NCBI GenBank assembly: GCA_963823665.1
Contig: CAWGMQ010000010.1
Span: forward strand, 640,001-704,000
DNA length: 64,000 nucleotides
Source: an uncultured Planctomycetota bacterium
GTDB lineage: Bacteria; Planctomycetota; Planctomycetia; Isosphaerales; Isosphaeraceae
Direction of reading: 5' to 3'
Position 1 is the first letter of the stretch, and each line of letters begins with the position of its first letter. The position numbers and the translations under genes were made by a program. Shown here piece after piece: positions 40,172 through 50,185 of the stretch. Under the pieces are notes generated by a model. That model had not been told where the DNA came from and did not search any database. It saw only the letters and a program-made list of their open reading frames with translations.

Positions 40172-41494
40172 ATGATCGCCGCACTCGGTCTCGGTCTGCT
40201 GGAAGTGGTTTTTTGCCAGGAGCCGCGCGGTACTGATCCGAGCCAGACTCCACCGGCTGCTGCGGCGCCGGCCGTCGCGCCAGCAGCGGCTGCACCAGCA
40301 GAAAACACGCCCGACTCGTCAAAATCATGGAGTTTCAAAACGGGAGCGCGCATCAGGACCATCGCGTGCTCCGAGGACGGCAAGCTCGTTGCTGTCGCCA
40401 ATGGTAATCCGACGATGATCCTGCTCGAAAATGGAACGAGCCGGGTCAAAGACAACTGGAAGCCGTCGGCGGAAATCCTGGACGCCCGGACGGGGAAGAC
40501 GGTCGCCGTTCTGAAGCTCACGACGGCCGATGAAGACGCGGTGCTCGCGGCGACCGAGCGCGTCTCCCACTTCGAAGTAACGGCTCTCGCGTTTTCGCCC
40601 GACGGCAAGCTCGTGGCGGTTGGGACGAGCATCGGCCAGGTGAAACTCTACGACGCGCGGACTGGCGAGCTCTTGCGATTGCTGGACGATCAAGCGGCGA
40701 AACTTGCGGCCAAGAAGACTCCGGAGAACTGGAAGTCGCTCGAGCGGGCGATGGGAAGCGTTGCGTCATTGGCGTTCTCGGCCGACGGCCACCAGTTGAT
40801 CACGTGCGGCGGCTCGTTCGGCGACTTCTCTCGCGTTTTTGAGAAATCCGAACGGTTAGACGAGCGGCGCACAGATGCCGGCCGGCTCAAGGTCTGGGAT
40901 GTGAAGACCGAAACGCTCAAGCATGATCTGGTCGGGCACAGCCAAGCGAGCGCGGTCGCTTTTTCGCCGGATGGGACCGTGTTCGCCAGCGCCGGAAGGT
41001 GGCACAGCGATGCCGAATCCGGTACTGGCGTCGTCATCTGGAGCGCCGGCACTTTTGCGAAACTTCGTACCGTTTCGATCGAGGCAAACGGCGGAACTGA
41101 TTCGGTTGCATTCTCGCCTGACGGTAAACTGATGGTAATCAGCTCGCTGAATTTTGAAAGAGATAAGCTGGACGATTCCGGCACGAGCATCATCAGCCTG
41201 GCAGACGTCACCTCGGGCGTCGTGCACTGGCGGCGAACGAAGTCCGGCGGGCCGGAGCCGGTGGCATTCTATTCTGGCGCGGTCCTGGCGATGGGCGACC
41301 GCGGCCAATCGATGTGGCTTTTTCAGATCGAGGCAGGAACGATTTTGAGCCAGCTCACTCGAGCGGCCGATCCTGTTCCAGGCGGAAGATGGAACGATTT
41401 CACGTTCGCGAAACGAGGCTGCATGTGGGTCATCGGCGGCGAGGATGCTGACAAAAAAGGGACCATCGAAGTCATGTACCCTGAAGGTTCGTGA
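40172..41494 (+). CDS. Secreted WD40-repeat protein, copy 2
   Basis: Same RBS/start context and propeller as 38795-40093. Confidence 0.85.
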   Translation: MIAALGLGLLEVVFCQEPRGTDPSQTPPAAAAPAVAPAAAAPAENTPDSSKSWSFKTGARIRTIACSEDGKLVAVANGNPTMILLENGTSRVKDNWKPSAEILDARTGKTVAVLKLTTADEDAVLAATERVSHFEVTALAFSPDGKLVAVGTSIGQVKLYDARTGELLRLLDDQAAKLAAKKTPENWKSLERAMGSVASLAFSADGHQLITCGGSFGDFSRVFEKSERLDERRTDAGRLKVWDVKTETLKHDLVGHSQASAVAFSPDGTVFASAGRWHSDAESGTGVVIWSAGTFAKLRTVSIEANGGTDSVAFSPDGKLMVISSLNFERDKLDDSGTSIISLADVTSGVVHWRRTKSGGPEPVAFYSGAVLAMGDRGQSMWLFQIEAGTILSQLTRAADPVPGGRWNDFTFAKRGCMWVIGGEDADKKGTIEVMYPEGS

Positions 41495-42339
41495 AATCTT
41501 CGACGCATGACACTTCCGCGCGGTACCTCGGGTTAAATCGACCGGACATAATCAAGCGAATCCGTCCGTTCGGTGGAAAGGTGGGCCTGCGGTGAACCAT
41601 CATTCATCGCGTCGGCGCCGGCTGCTGATCGTTGTGGCAATCGCGACCTTGGGAGGTGAGCTCACGCCCGCGACCGGTCAGCAGGAACTTCGGCGAGATG
41701 GCGAGAATCACGCCGGCCTGCGGCAGGAGTCGATAGTTGATGGAGACGAAGACGAACGCCTCGTCCATGAACGCCCGCGGCTGCCGCCGAAGCAGTGGCC
41801 TGTTGGCTTTGCGGGGAGAGATTATGTCTCCCACGGGATTCGCTCGAGATGGTTCAGCCAGTAGTGAATATGCGGACACTTCGCCCGAATTGTGGGTAGT
41901 CCAATGTACGCTGCGATATCCGGTCCTGCCGATGAATTACGACCCTCGTATTCAGGAATTAGCGCGATAATCCGCTTGGAGGGGGCTGTCTCCCTTCCAT
42001 CGTTGATGTGTTCAATGCCTGGTTCGGACGCCGCAATGCGGTTCAGTTCCTGAATTTGCTCTTCGCAGTTCTCAAATGACCGTCGAAATGCTTCAGGATC
42101 ACTGAACAATTGCTTCATGAAGCACGAGGTTCGGAATGAATCGGTAATAATTGATGTCCGAGCCAAACGCAGATTCGAGGGCCGCGACGTAGATAGTCGG
42201 GTTGGCCCGGTCCCTCAGATTTACCGCCTTTCCCGGAAAGTCATCGGGCAAACCGTAGACGTCAAAAAATGTTGTGAAATAAACGTTCTTCCCCTGTCGA
42301 CCCTTGATGGTGTTCTGAATGAACTTGCCGACCCCTTTA

Positions 42340-42487
42340 GGAACGGGCCGGAACCAAATTCCGTCGATTTACGTGAAGTGCGCCGCGGAGCGGCACAAAG
42401 ACCGTTCCGACGCAGAGCGTCGGAACGAGGGCTTTCCGTCGTGGTAGGATTGAGACCGAAATCGGGAAGTTATTTCCGGCCTGTTCC
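42340..42487. mobile_element. 148-bp MITE with 14-bp terminal inverted repeats and TTA target duplication
   Basis: Ends GGAACGGGCCGGAA and TTCCGGCCTGTTCC (13/14 match). TTA at 42337-42339 and 42488-42490. Excision restores the host reading frame. Confidence 0.85.
42403..42429. repeat. REP-like palindrome CGTTCCGACGCAGAGCGTCGGAACGAG inside the MITE
   Basis: Perfect 11-bp stem (CGTTCCGACGC / GCGTCGGAACG) with a 3-nt loop. Confidence 0.7.
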
Positions 42488-42658
42488 TTAGCGCCACCAT
42501 ACTTCTTCTTGGTGCCCAAGCCGTACACGTGGTGGTGGTCTTTTGCACCAACCGCCAAAGTGTGGATCAGTCCGTCACCTTGAGGGAATAGAAACGGCTG
42601 CAACAACTGCGTACAGAACCCCTGCTCCGTCGCCCCTCACAGAAGACGTTGAGTTGCT

Positions 42659-43774
42659 TCAAGGCAAAGGGCCTCCTCCAACGACGTTTGGCTGCCACAG
42701 CTCGCCAATCGAGTAGTCTTCCAACCAGTCCTTGAGCTTGTCGGGGTCGAGCCGTTCGAATGTGGTTCGCCCGTTCTGGCATTCAACAGTAACAATCTCG
42801 GCCGGCTCAAAGAAATCGAGAAACGTCTGCGATTGAGTCGCCACGATGACTTGGGTCTTCTCCGCCGCTGCGCGCATCAAGCCTGCGACGATTTCCAGGG
42901 CGTGCGGGTGCAACCCAAGCTCAGGCTCGTCAAGAATCAGCACCTCGGGCAGAAATTCCTCCGGTTGGAGGAACAACATGCAGAGAGCCATCGCCCGGAT
43001 CGTACCATCTGAAATCTGGTGCGCTCCAAAGAGGTACTCAAAGCCTCGCTTACGCCAGTCTAAGATGATTTCGTTCGGATTGAGGCGACTCGGACCCAGA
43101 TCGAAATCGCCAAACTCTGGTAGTACCTTCCGCATCGTAGAGACGATTCGGTCGTAGACCATCGGAAAACGCTCCCGATAGCCGTAAAGCATGGCAGAGA
43201 GGTTGCCCGCATCCGGCATCAACGACCGGTTGTCGTTTATGTAGCAAAAATTTCGAATCCGAGCGCTCGGCGAGGTGTCGTGAAAGTGGTAGACGCGGCA
43301 GTCATTCAGAATGCGCCGGAAGGCTTTGGCGGTATCGTTGCCTTGGATCGCAAGCTCTACGATTCGCGTTTCGGCGTGGCCTGCTCCCAGCGACATCGGG
43401 GGCCGATGCGGACCGGACCAATCATGCTTCGTGTAGTCAAGAGACTCGTCTGCAAACAAAAGAACGTCGTTGGCCGCATGAAAAAGCCGCATGTGATAGG
43501 TGTCGAGGACATCGCGCTCCTCGAATTCCAGTGTCGCTTCCAGTTGCGGCGTCACCTTCGGTCCAAAATGAAGAGCCGAATAACCCCGGCCCGTCTTGCC
43601 GATGTATTCTTGCAGCCGCCCTCCCATCATCTCGTTCAGCATTTTGAAGAACGAGACGAAATTGCTCTTACCAGCACCGTTGGCCCCGATCAACACGTTC
43701 AGTCTGGTTAGATCGAGACTCGCATCCTTGATGGAGCGGTAGCCGTTGATCTCAATCTTTCGTAGTATTGCCAT
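42659..43774 (-). CDS. AAA_21-type ABC ATPase
   Basis: Walker A GANGAGKS, signature ISDGT, Walker B LDEPELGLHP, ATQS. Confidence 0.9.
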   Translation of the reverse strand: MAILRKIEINGYRSIKDASLDLTRLNVLIGANGAGKSNFVSFFKMLNEMMGGRLQEYIGKTGRGYSALHFGPKVTPQLEATLEFEERDVLDTYHMRLFHAANDVLLFADESLDYTKHDWSGPHRPPMSLGAGHAETRIVELAIQGNDTAKAFRRILNDCRVYHFHDTSPSARIRNFCYINDNRSLMPDAGNLSAMLYGYRERFPMVYDRIVSTMRKVLPEFGDFDLGPSRLNPNEIILDWRKRGFEYLFGAHQISDGTIRAMALCMLFLQPEEFLPEVLILDEPELGLHPHALEIVAGLMRAAAEKTQVIVATQSQTFLDFFEPAEIVTVECQNGRTTFERLDPDKLKDWLEDYSIGELWQPNVVGGGPLP

Positions 43775-44038
43775 TTCTCGTCTCCTGCCCGACCTCCCTG
43801 TTGAGACCTAGCCGATCGAGCTTTACGTGAGGGACGCGCAAACTCTAAGTCTTGTTCGGCCGGCGGAGGCCGTCGAGATTCTTGTCCGTTGCCGTTCTGG
43901 GCCGTGATTATTGTATCCCGGTGAGTTTCGCGCGGTAAGCTACTCTGTCGCGCCGCGCGGTGGAGACCGAAGTGCTACTTACCGGATGCGGAATGCCAAG
44001 TGGGTAGTTCTCAGTGCCGCGTTGATGGGAAGGAATTC

Positions 44039-44290
44039 ATGATCAACGTAACTTACGGCAAATTGGACAGAGTCCTGCGTACTCTCGGATTCTCCTGCCG
44101 GACAGCAAACCTGCAGTCGGAAGCCTTCGTTTATGAGCACCAACATACCGGAGCGGTCGTCATCCTCCCGGCGGCGGCGGATCGTAAGAAGGCCTTGCCG
44201 CAGCACGTCGCGGCTGTGCAGGCGACACTCGCGGAGTATGAGATCGCCGACCCTCTGGCCCTTGCCGGGGAGCTGCAAAAGGCGAATTAA
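44039..44290 (+). CDS. Small HicA-like protein
   Basis: VTYGKLDRVLRTLGF...YEH..TGAVVILP resembles the HicA dsRBD-like fold; no HicB adjacent. Confidence 0.5.
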   Translation: MINVTYGKLDRVLRTLGFSCRTANLQSEAFVYEHQHTGAVVILPAAADRKKALPQHVAAVQATLAEYEIADPLALAGELQKAN

Positions 44291-45153
44291 TCATCCCTCG
44301 ACCACCGCCGCGGCGGCGTCACTTCAAATTTGCCAGAAGGAGGGCTGAACCGGATGCCCATCTTCCAGAGCAGATCGGGCTGATGCTTGGCCAGCAGGTA
44401 TTTCATGACGACTTCGTCCGAGGGAGGCATTCCCGGATCCTGGAAGACCACGCACAAGCTCGCGACGGCGCGACGGGTCTTGGCGTCCCAGACTTCGAGC
44501 AGGCCGTGCGGGCGCCTCGGGATGCGATAGTACTTGTCGCCCGAGAGCACCGTCAGGCAGTCGAACTGGCAGAACTCGTGGAATTCCTTGGGCTCGACGA
44601 CGTTGCGCACCAGCTCGGCGGCGACCAGCTCGGGCACGCCGTCAGAATAGTTCGTGGCGTCGAGCCGCATCGGCTCGACCTCGTTCGTTGGCTGCGGCTG
44701 GCTCTTGCCTTCGATGACGCGGAAGATCTCCCACGCCACCAGCCGGGCATAACCGGCTCGCAGGGCAGGGCTGGTGATGACAAGCTGCGGGAACGAAGCC
44801 GCAGCACGCACCACTTCGGTGGCGAAGGCGGCTGCTTCGCGCTGAAGCTTCTCCATCCAGTAGCGCGGCATGCCGCCACGATCGCTTTCGGAGTAGCGAA
44901 ACGGCCGCGGGCCGACGTCGGGAATTCGCACGTCGATCTCGCCACCGTCCCGCTCAAGCGTTCGGAGCACCGCGTCGTACGCGCCCTCGCCGCGCACGAA
45001 CCGCTCGGCCGCGTCGGCGTGCCGCGTGTGCTTGATCCGGACGGTTCGAAAACTGGGACGGGCCAGAAAAATCACTTCACGCGACCGCTCGTCGTCGCGG
45101 CTACGAATGTCCTGGACGTCGATCTCCCAGCGCAGGTATCCCGTGCGGATCAT
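44287..45153 (-). CDS. Hypothetical protein with C-terminal YRI...G..EV...LC....P..D motif, partner of the upstream GG-motif protein
   Basis: ATG at 45153 overlaps the upstream TGA (ATGA), implying translational coupling. Confidence 0.7.
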   Translation of the reverse strand: MIRTGYLRWEIDVQDIRSRDDERSREVIFLARPSFRTVRIKHTRHADAAERFVRGEGAYDAVLRTLERDGGEIDVRIPDVGPRPFRYSESDRGGMPRYWMEKLQREAAAFATEVVRAAASFPQLVITSPALRAGYARLVAWEIFRVIEGKSQPQPTNEVEPMRLDATNYSDGVPELVAAELVRNVVEPKEFHEFCQFDCLTVLSGDKYYRIPRRPHGLLEVWDAKTRRAVASLCVVFQDPGMPPSDEVVMKYLLAKHQPDLLWKMGIRFSPPSGKFEVTPPRRWSRDD

Positions 45154-45392
45154 CTGACCGGCCCGCAACCCCCTTGAATTGCCGGAACGATCAGAATTTC
45201 ACCCGCCGTCCTGTCGAACTGGCGAATGGGCGACGTGCGCCCCGGCCCGTCGAGGCGGAATGCCAAGCGGCCGGCAGTGAAATGCTCCGAGAAGGCGAGC
45301 TCGGCGGCCGCGACCGTTTCGGGAGCGTCCTTGTCCCACTCGGCCAGCGTCAAGTCGCCATGCCCTGTCTTGAGGAGTCTGAGCTTCGCCAT
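45150..45392 (-). CDS. Small putative ubiquitin-like (beta-grasp) protein with IVPAIQGG motif
   Basis: AAGGAG RBS; strand-strand-helix-strand-strand-strand pattern by eye; EILIVPAIQGG followed by CGPVR*. Confidence 0.65.
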   Translation of the reverse strand: MAKLRLLKTGHGDLTLAEWDKDAPETVAAAELAFSEHFTAGRLAFRLDGPGRTSPIRQFDRTAGEILIVPAIQGGCGPVR

Positions 45393-45831
45393 GACAAGAG
45401 CACTCCTTCCATCGCCCTTGAAGAGTTCGCCTCGAAAAAAGCTTCACCGCGCATCTCTTTGATCGGCCGGAAGCCCCGCGTTTGATTGGCTCACTTCGGC
45501 GGGGAACGACCGAGAAGCCGATCATAATCGAACATCCCGATCCCGGCCACCCTGTTCGCTCCGGAAGGCGTTAAGGCTTAGCCGGGGCTGGTTTTCGCAC
45601 CCTTCGGTGGTCCCTTGGATTTGGGCCGGCGCTTGCCGAACGTGCCCCGGAAGATTTTGCCACGCTTGGAACGCCTGTCACCTTTTCCCATCTGGTTCAC
45701 TCCGAAATATCGTAGTAGACGTTTTTCGTAATTCGCTTGAGTTTCGGCTCTTATCCGATTAGGATAATGAAATCACTGACGTTTGTCGTTTCCCGGACAC
45801 GTCGTCGCTTCCGACGGGAGGAGCTCCGAGT

Positions 45832-48366
45832 ATGGCCCGTCGCACCCTACTCTGTTCAACCTGTAATGCCCTCGGCCTGCTCGTTCTGGCCGGTTGTCAG
45901 GGCAGCAAAGCGCCCACTCCGATCCCCGTCACGCCGGTCGCGGTGCAGAAGGTCACTCCCCCCGCGGCTCAAGCCACGGCCCAGGTCGCTCCGGCGCCGA
46001 AACCGCCGCTGGAGATCACACCCGGGTCGTCAACGATAACGGCAGACGATGCCGGTTTGCAACTCCTGGCGGCGCGAAAAGAGGCAGGTTCGGTGCACGA
46101 CCTGACTGGCGCTGTCAAGTGGAGCATCGAACCACCCGGTCTGGCCGAGATCGAGCAGGGGGGGTATCTCCGGCCCCTGACTGGCGGCGATGTGGTAGTT
46201 CAGGCGGCGTTTGAGGGGCAGACGTGCTCGGCCAAGGTCAAGATCGAGCCTCGTTCGAGCCGCCCGTGGGATTTCGGCCACGACATCATGCCGATCTTGA
46301 GCCGTCTCGGCTGCAATACTGGCGGCTGCCACGGCAGGGCGAGCGGTCAGAACGGGTTCCATCTGTCGATTTTCGGCTACGATTCGGAGGGCGACTTCCT
46401 GGCCCTTGCTCGCGACGCTGGCCAGCGCCGGCTTTCGAAGCTCGCCCCGAAAGACAGCCTGTTTCTCGCCAAGGCTACGGGTCGTATCGCGCATGGCGGC
46501 GGTCTGCGGCTCAAGGTCGGCTCGCCCGAATACCAGACGCTGCTCGCGTGGGTGAGCGACGGCGCCCCGCAAACTCGCGGTAAAGCGCACGGTGCCCTCG
46601 TGAAACTGGCCGTCGAGCCCGACTCTGCCGTTCTGGCCGAGCCCGGCCCGCGCCAGTTTCGGGTGATCGCTCATTTTGCCGATGGCCACGACCGCGACGT
46701 GACGCGGATGGCGTCCTACAAGGTGAATGACGACTCCGCCGCCAGTGCGAATTCCACCGGGAAGGTCACGCTGCTGCGCCGGGCCGAAACCGATTTGATC
46801 GTTCGCTATCAGTCGCATGTGGTCGCCACCCGGCTCACGACGGTCATCAACCCCAGCCTGAGCTTCGATTTCGCGAAGCTCAAGCGGCGCAATTTCATCG
46901 ACGACGAGCTGTTCAAGCGGCTCGAAACCCTCAAGGTGCCGGCCAGCCCGCCCGCGACCGATGCGGCCTTTCTACGCCGCGCGTCACTCGACTTGACGGG
47001 CGAAGCGCCGTCGCCCGACGAGGTGCGGCGATTTCTGGCGGATACCGACGCCGACAAGCGCACCAAGTTGATCGACCACCTGATCAAAACCGACGAGTTC
47101 GTCAAGTTCTGGCGGATCAAGCTGGGTGATCTGCTCCAGATCAGCTCGACGCGCCAGGGTAACGGCGCTTATCGCTACCAGGCATGGATCGACGCGTGCC
47201 TGAACAAGAATCGTCCCTGGGACGAAGTGGTAAAGACGCTCCTCACCGCCATCGGCGACCCGAACGATCTCGAAAAGGGCGGGCCCGTCAACTATGCCGT
47301 CGACGCGCCGGCGCCGAACGTGCAAGCCGAGCTGACAGCGCAGCGGTTCCTCGGCCTTCGGCTCCGCTGCGCCCAGTGTCACGACCATCCGTTCGACGTC
47401 TGGACGCAAGATTCTTATTACGGCCTGGCCTCATTTTTCGCCAAGGTACAGGTCGGCGGCCGTGGCGGCCCGATGATGGGCAAGCAGTTGATCACGATCA
47501 ATCCGGACGGCAAAGTCGTTCATCTTCGCACCCAGAAGCCGGTCGAGCCCACGCTCCTGGACGGCAAGCCCGTCAAGGTGGCCGCGAAGGACGATCCGCG
47601 TAAGACGCTCGCCGACTGGATGATCGCCGCCGACAACCCGTATTTCTCGCGGGCGATGGCCAACTGGGTGTGGGCCCAGCTTTTCAGCAGGGGCCTGGTT
47701 GATCCGCCCGACGATATGAGCCGGGCGAATCCCCCGGTCCACCCCGAGCTGCTCGACGCCCTCGCCAAGCACTTCGTGACCGCGAAGTTCGATTTGCGCA
47801 ACCTGATACGCACGATTGCAACCTCGGAAACCTACGGCCTTTCCGCGGGCACCGTACCGGGCAACGAGCGCGACATTCGCCTCTTCTCACATCATCTGCC
47901 GCGGCCCTTGACGGCGCATCAGATGGCCGACGCCCTGGCTCAGGCGACTGATGTGCCCAATCGTTACCCGGGAGTCAACCCGACCCGGCGGGCGATCGAG
48001 GTGCCCGATCCCTCGTCGGCAAGCTCGATCCTCGATACGTTTGGGCGTTGTTCGCGGGCGGTTTCCTGTGGGACGATCCCCGCGCCCGCACTCACTCTAC
48101 GGCAAGCACTGCTCTTGATCGGCGGCGACGTGATCGAGAGCAAGGTGTCGAGCTTGAACGGCTATCTGGCCAGCGCCTTGAAGCTCGACCTCGAGCCTGA
48201 AGAGCTGGTTGAAAACCTTTATTACCGCACAGTTTGCCGGCCTCCCACGGCGGAAGAGCTTTCGCACTGGTCGGCCGAGCTGAAGAAGGCTTCGTCGCGG
48301 GGCGAAGCCGCCGAAGACCTCTTCTGGGCGCTGCTGAACTCACGCGAGTTTGCCTTTAACCACTAG
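45832..48366 (+). CDS. DUF1549/DUF1553 (PSCyt2/PSD1) domain lipoprotein with Ig-like domains
   Basis: GCNTGGCHG, NFID, FLRR..LDLTG, CAQCHDHPFD, EDLFWALLNSREF.FNH. Confidence 0.9.
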   Translation: MARRTLLCSTCNALGLLVLAGCQGSKAPTPIPVTPVAVQKVTPPAAQATAQVAPAPKPPLEITPGSSTITADDAGLQLLAARKEAGSVHDLTGAVKWSIEPPGLAEIEQGGYLRPLTGGDVVVQAAFEGQTCSAKVKIEPRSSRPWDFGHDIMPILSRLGCNTGGCHGRASGQNGFHLSIFGYDSEGDFLALARDAGQRRLSKLAPKDSLFLAKATGRIAHGGGLRLKVGSPEYQTLLAWVSDGAPQTRGKAHGALVKLAVEPDSAVLAEPGPRQFRVIAHFADGHDRDVTRMASYKVNDDSAASANSTGKVTLLRRAETDLIVRYQSHVVATRLTTVINPSLSFDFAKLKRRNFIDDELFKRLETLKVPASPPATDAAFLRRASLDLTGEAPSPDEVRRFLADTDADKRTKLIDHLIKTDEFVKFWRIKLGDLLQISSTRQGNGAYRYQAWIDACLNKNRPWDEVVKTLLTAIGDPNDLEKGGPVNYAVDAPAPNVQAELTAQRFLGLRLRCAQCHDHPFDVWTQDSYYGLASFFAKVQVGGRGGPMMGKQLITINPDGKVVHLRTQKPVEPTLLDGKPVKVAAKDDPRKTLADWMIAADNPYFSRAMANWVWAQLFSRGLVDPPDDMSRANPPVHPELLDALAKHFVTAKFDLRNLIRTIATSETYGLSAGTVPGNERDIRLFSHHLPRPLTAHQMADALAQATDVPNRYPGVNPTRRAIEVPDPSSASSILDTFGRCSRAVSCGTIPAPALTLRQALLLIGGDVIESKVSSLNGYLASALKLDLEPEELVENLYYRTVCRPPTAEELSHWSAELKKASSRGEAAEDLFWALLNSREFAFNH

Positions 48367-48437
48367 CGTTCGCAAAGCGCAGGGCAGGGGTTGCCCTGGG
48401 CCGCACCGTCGCCTGCTTTTCGAGAAAGGGAATCGCG

Positions 48438-49767
48438 ATGCGTGGATTACCGAGCCGAGAGCCGTGTCGTGGGCCGAGCCGCCGCGAAGTCCTTCGAGCC
48501 GGCGCGTTGGGATTCCTGGGCCTGGGGCTGGGAGATTGGTTCCGGCTGCGTGCCTTGGCCGGTGGCGACGGGGGCAAGACGCCACGGGCCAAGAGCTGCA
48601 TTCTCGTCTGGCAGGCCGGCGGCCCTTCACACATCGATACGTTCGATCCCAAGCCGGGCGCATCCGCCGACATCAAGGGCGAGTTCAAACCGATCGACAC
48701 AGCGGTGCCTGGCCTGCAAATCAGCGAGGTGTTCCCCAATCTGGCGAAAGTGATGAACAAGGTCACGCTGATCAGGAGCATGACCTCGCCCGAATCGGAC
48801 CATGATCGCGCAGCGCATCACCTGATGACCGGCTATCGCCCGTCGCCTGCGCTGATCTATCCGGGTTATGGCAGTGTGGTGGCCAAGACGCGTGAATCGA
48901 CGCGCGGGATGCTGCCGCCGTTCGTCGCCGTCCCCGATGCGCCGCTTTTCGGCTCGAGCGGGTTTCTCACACCCGCGTACGATCCGTTCGCGGTGCTCAG
49001 CGACCCGAATACGCCGGGCTTCCGGGTGCAGAATCTCACGCCTCCGGACCGGCTCACGCTCGAGCGGCTGCTGCGCCGGCGCGACATGGTCAAGTCGCTC
49101 GACGAGTTCGCTCGTGACGTCTCCGAAACGCCGCTGACGACCAGTCGCGATCAGTTCTCGGAGCGGGCCTATTCCCTGCTCACCTCCAGTACCGCCCAGG
49201 CGGCGTTCAAGATCCAGGAAGAGCCCGAGAAGGTTCGCGACAAGTACGGGCGGACGATGGCGGGCCAGGCGTGCCTCCTCGCTCGCCGCCTGGTTGAGGC
49301 CGGCGTCGGTTTCGTGACGGTGAACGATCGCGGTAGCCGCGCAACTCGGCTGGGATACGCACCAGCAGAATTTCCCCACGATCAAGAACACCCTCGCGCC
49401 TCCGATCGACAAGGGGCTCGCTGCGCTCATCGACGATCTCTCGGAGCGCGGCCTCCTCGAGACGACCCTGGTGGTGGTGATGGGTGAATTCGGCCGCACA
49501 CCCAAGATCAACCCCAACGCGGGCCGCGACCACCACGGCCGTGCCAACTCCGTCCTCCTTTTCGGCGCCGGATTGCCCGGCGGTTTCGTGCTGGGCAAGA
49601 CAGATGCCCATGGCGAGGCGCCCGTCGATCGCCCGGTGACGCCCAACGACCTGGCCTCCGTGCTCTATCACAAGCTGGGCATCGACCCCGAGCTCAAATT
49701 CGAGGCCCCGGACGGCCGCCCGATCCGCATCGTCGAGGAATACAACCCTCCTCGCGAGCTGGTCTAA
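48438..49767 (+). CDS. DUF1501 family protein with Tat-like signal (frameshift near 49340)
   Basis: SRREVL, GGPSHIDTFDPKP, LLARRLVEAGV, GWDTH, GEFGRTPKIN..GRDH. Confidence 0.9.
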
Positions 49768-49768
49768 C

Positions 49769-49846
49769 GTAGGTCAGGCTTCAGCCTGACGTATTTCTGT
49801 ATCGCGAGCCGCCGATCAGCTTGGGCGTCAGGCCGCCAGCCTGACG
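49769..49846. repeat. GTAG-family REP doublet (GTAGGTCAGGCTTCAGCCTGAC ... GTCAGGCCGCCAGCCTGAC)
   Basis: Two palindromes immediately after the DUF1501 stop; same family as 31280. Confidence 0.72.
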
Positions 49847-50185
49847 CCCGTTATCTGCCTCGCCTCGACCAGTTGAAGGTGCGGGCCATCCGTGGCCCTC
49901 GATGGCCTGATCTGCTTCCCCGCGTGGCCTGCACTTGTGGAGGCCACCAGGGGTCTGGCGGAGCGATCAGGCCGGTTGGCTTGGGATTTGTCGGTGGTAC
50001 CTTGATTCCTGGAAGGTTTTTGGTAAGTGTGGTGATATCAGTGGGTTCCTCGCCCTTTTCGCTCTCATCGATCAAGATCAGAATCCCGAGCATCAGAGAG
50101 GACCGCGTGCGGGACCGCCCCCGGTGTGGTAAACTACTGCGATCGATTCGGAGTGGTCCCCGTTCTCGTCAGGAGCTTAACCCCG

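Larger units (their letters stand above)
41822..42662 (-). pseudogene. DUF4276 family (TOPRIM-like) protein interrupted by a MITE and frameshifts
   Basis: MKQLNVFCEG.TEQGF, FTTFFDVYGLPDDFPG, LHE, IND..ETAPSKRI and IR.KCPH...W recovered across frames; overlaps the ATPase stop. Confidence 0.8.

Noticed and set aside
45150..45392. Ordinary ThiS/MoaD sulfur carrier
   Set aside because: No thi, moa or cys genes adjacent, and the coupled partner is not ThiF, MoaE or ThiG-like; kept as an unexplained Ubl-like finding instead.
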